From: an uncultured Oscillospiraceae bacterium
Lineage (GTDB): Bacteria > Bacillota > Clostridia > Oscillospirales > JAAYXM01
Reading direction: 5' to 3'
Assembly (NCBI GenBank): GCA_934646115.1
Contig: CAKUEM010000001.1
Coordinates: 22,889-86,888 of the forward strand
DNA: 64,000 bases
Position 1 is the stretch's first letter, and each line of letters opens with the position of its first letter. A program made the translations under genes and the position numbers. The notes under the pieces were generated by a model. The model did not search any database, had not been told where the DNA came from, and was given only the letters and a program-made list of their open reading frames with translations. Below, piece by piece: positions 63,890 to 64,000 of this stretch.

Positions 63890-64000
63890 ATGGTCAGCAG
63901 CGTGGGGAACGTTCAGCTCATGCAGCGCATCAACCGCGTGAAGGTGTTGGAATATATCCGCAAAAACGGCGCGTGCGCGCGGCCGGAGCTTGCGCGGCAA
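63890..64000 (+). CDS. ROK-family transcriptional regulator, N-terminal fragment (runs off the window)
   Basis: The ATG at 63890 lies 8 nt after gaaaggtgg. MVSSVGNVQLMQRINRVKVLEYIRKNGACARPELARQ matches the NagC/XylR-type N-terminal wHTH pattern (N-x-x-x-[IV]L-x-x-IR-x-x-G-x-x-SR-x-ELA). It is absent from the ORF track because no stop lies in the window. Confidence 0.55.
   Translation, partial: MVSSVGNVQLMQRINRVKVLEYIRKNGACARPELARQ

Overview
High-GC (roughly 60%) Firmicutes/Clostridia-type chromosomal segment, judged from the yaaT/ricT-holB-darA block, a SpoVB-like flippase, an SLH protein and GGAGG-type RBSs. It is densely coding and mostly housekeeping. In order, the content is:
- a lipoprotein gene, then a LytTR response regulator with an AgrC-type GHKL kinase
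- a structured non-coding tract with tRNA-Arg and a decayed transposase
- pyrB-pyrC-pyrF, a ClC channel, a MATE exporter, YhgE/Pip and an SLH protein
- thiS-thiF-thiG-thiH-thiE and a DUF421 protein
- an AraC-linked OYE/SDR/flavoprotein redox operon, plus an isomerase and a 2-hydroxyacid dehydrogenase
- GTP-PEPCK, rsmA, tRNA-Glu and tRNA-Met
- a Big_2 protein, a split TauE/SafE pair, ApbE, a NusG-II protein, a PPTase and CobO
- an OmpR-type two-component system with HtrA, then ppk1-ppx
- a polysaccharide deacetylase, a Cof-type HAD hydrolase, and an AraC-type membrane regulator with LplB/LplC-type permeases
- an AGCS symporter, a MOP flippase and a GNAT-mutarotase fusion
- yaaT-holB-darA-decarboxylase-alr-femX, a CBS protein, an EamA transporter, a 526-aa unknown and a partial ROK regulator

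No intact mobile element, defence island or cas genes are visible.

The most unusual signal is a perfect-phase 45-bp tandem repeat (4 full copies plus 1 partial). It sits between the stop of the AgrC-type kinase and the operon terminator. Its copy-to-copy differences fall almost only on third codon positions of an 80-aa ORF made of 15-aa repeats. This could be a multi-core repeat-peptide gene coupled to an agr-like sensor pair.

Other points worth a second look:
- a decayed type I-C-like CRISPR repeat-spacer-repeat next to two long perfect hairpins
- a terminator-embedded leader in front of thiS with no TPP aptamer (possible HMP-PP/thiS-motif riboswitch)
- an in-frame amber codon in a dehydrogenase gene
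- a split ene-reductase-like redox cluster
- a GNAT-aldose-epimerase fusion

All calls rest on reading the sequence and on motif recall. No database search was run.
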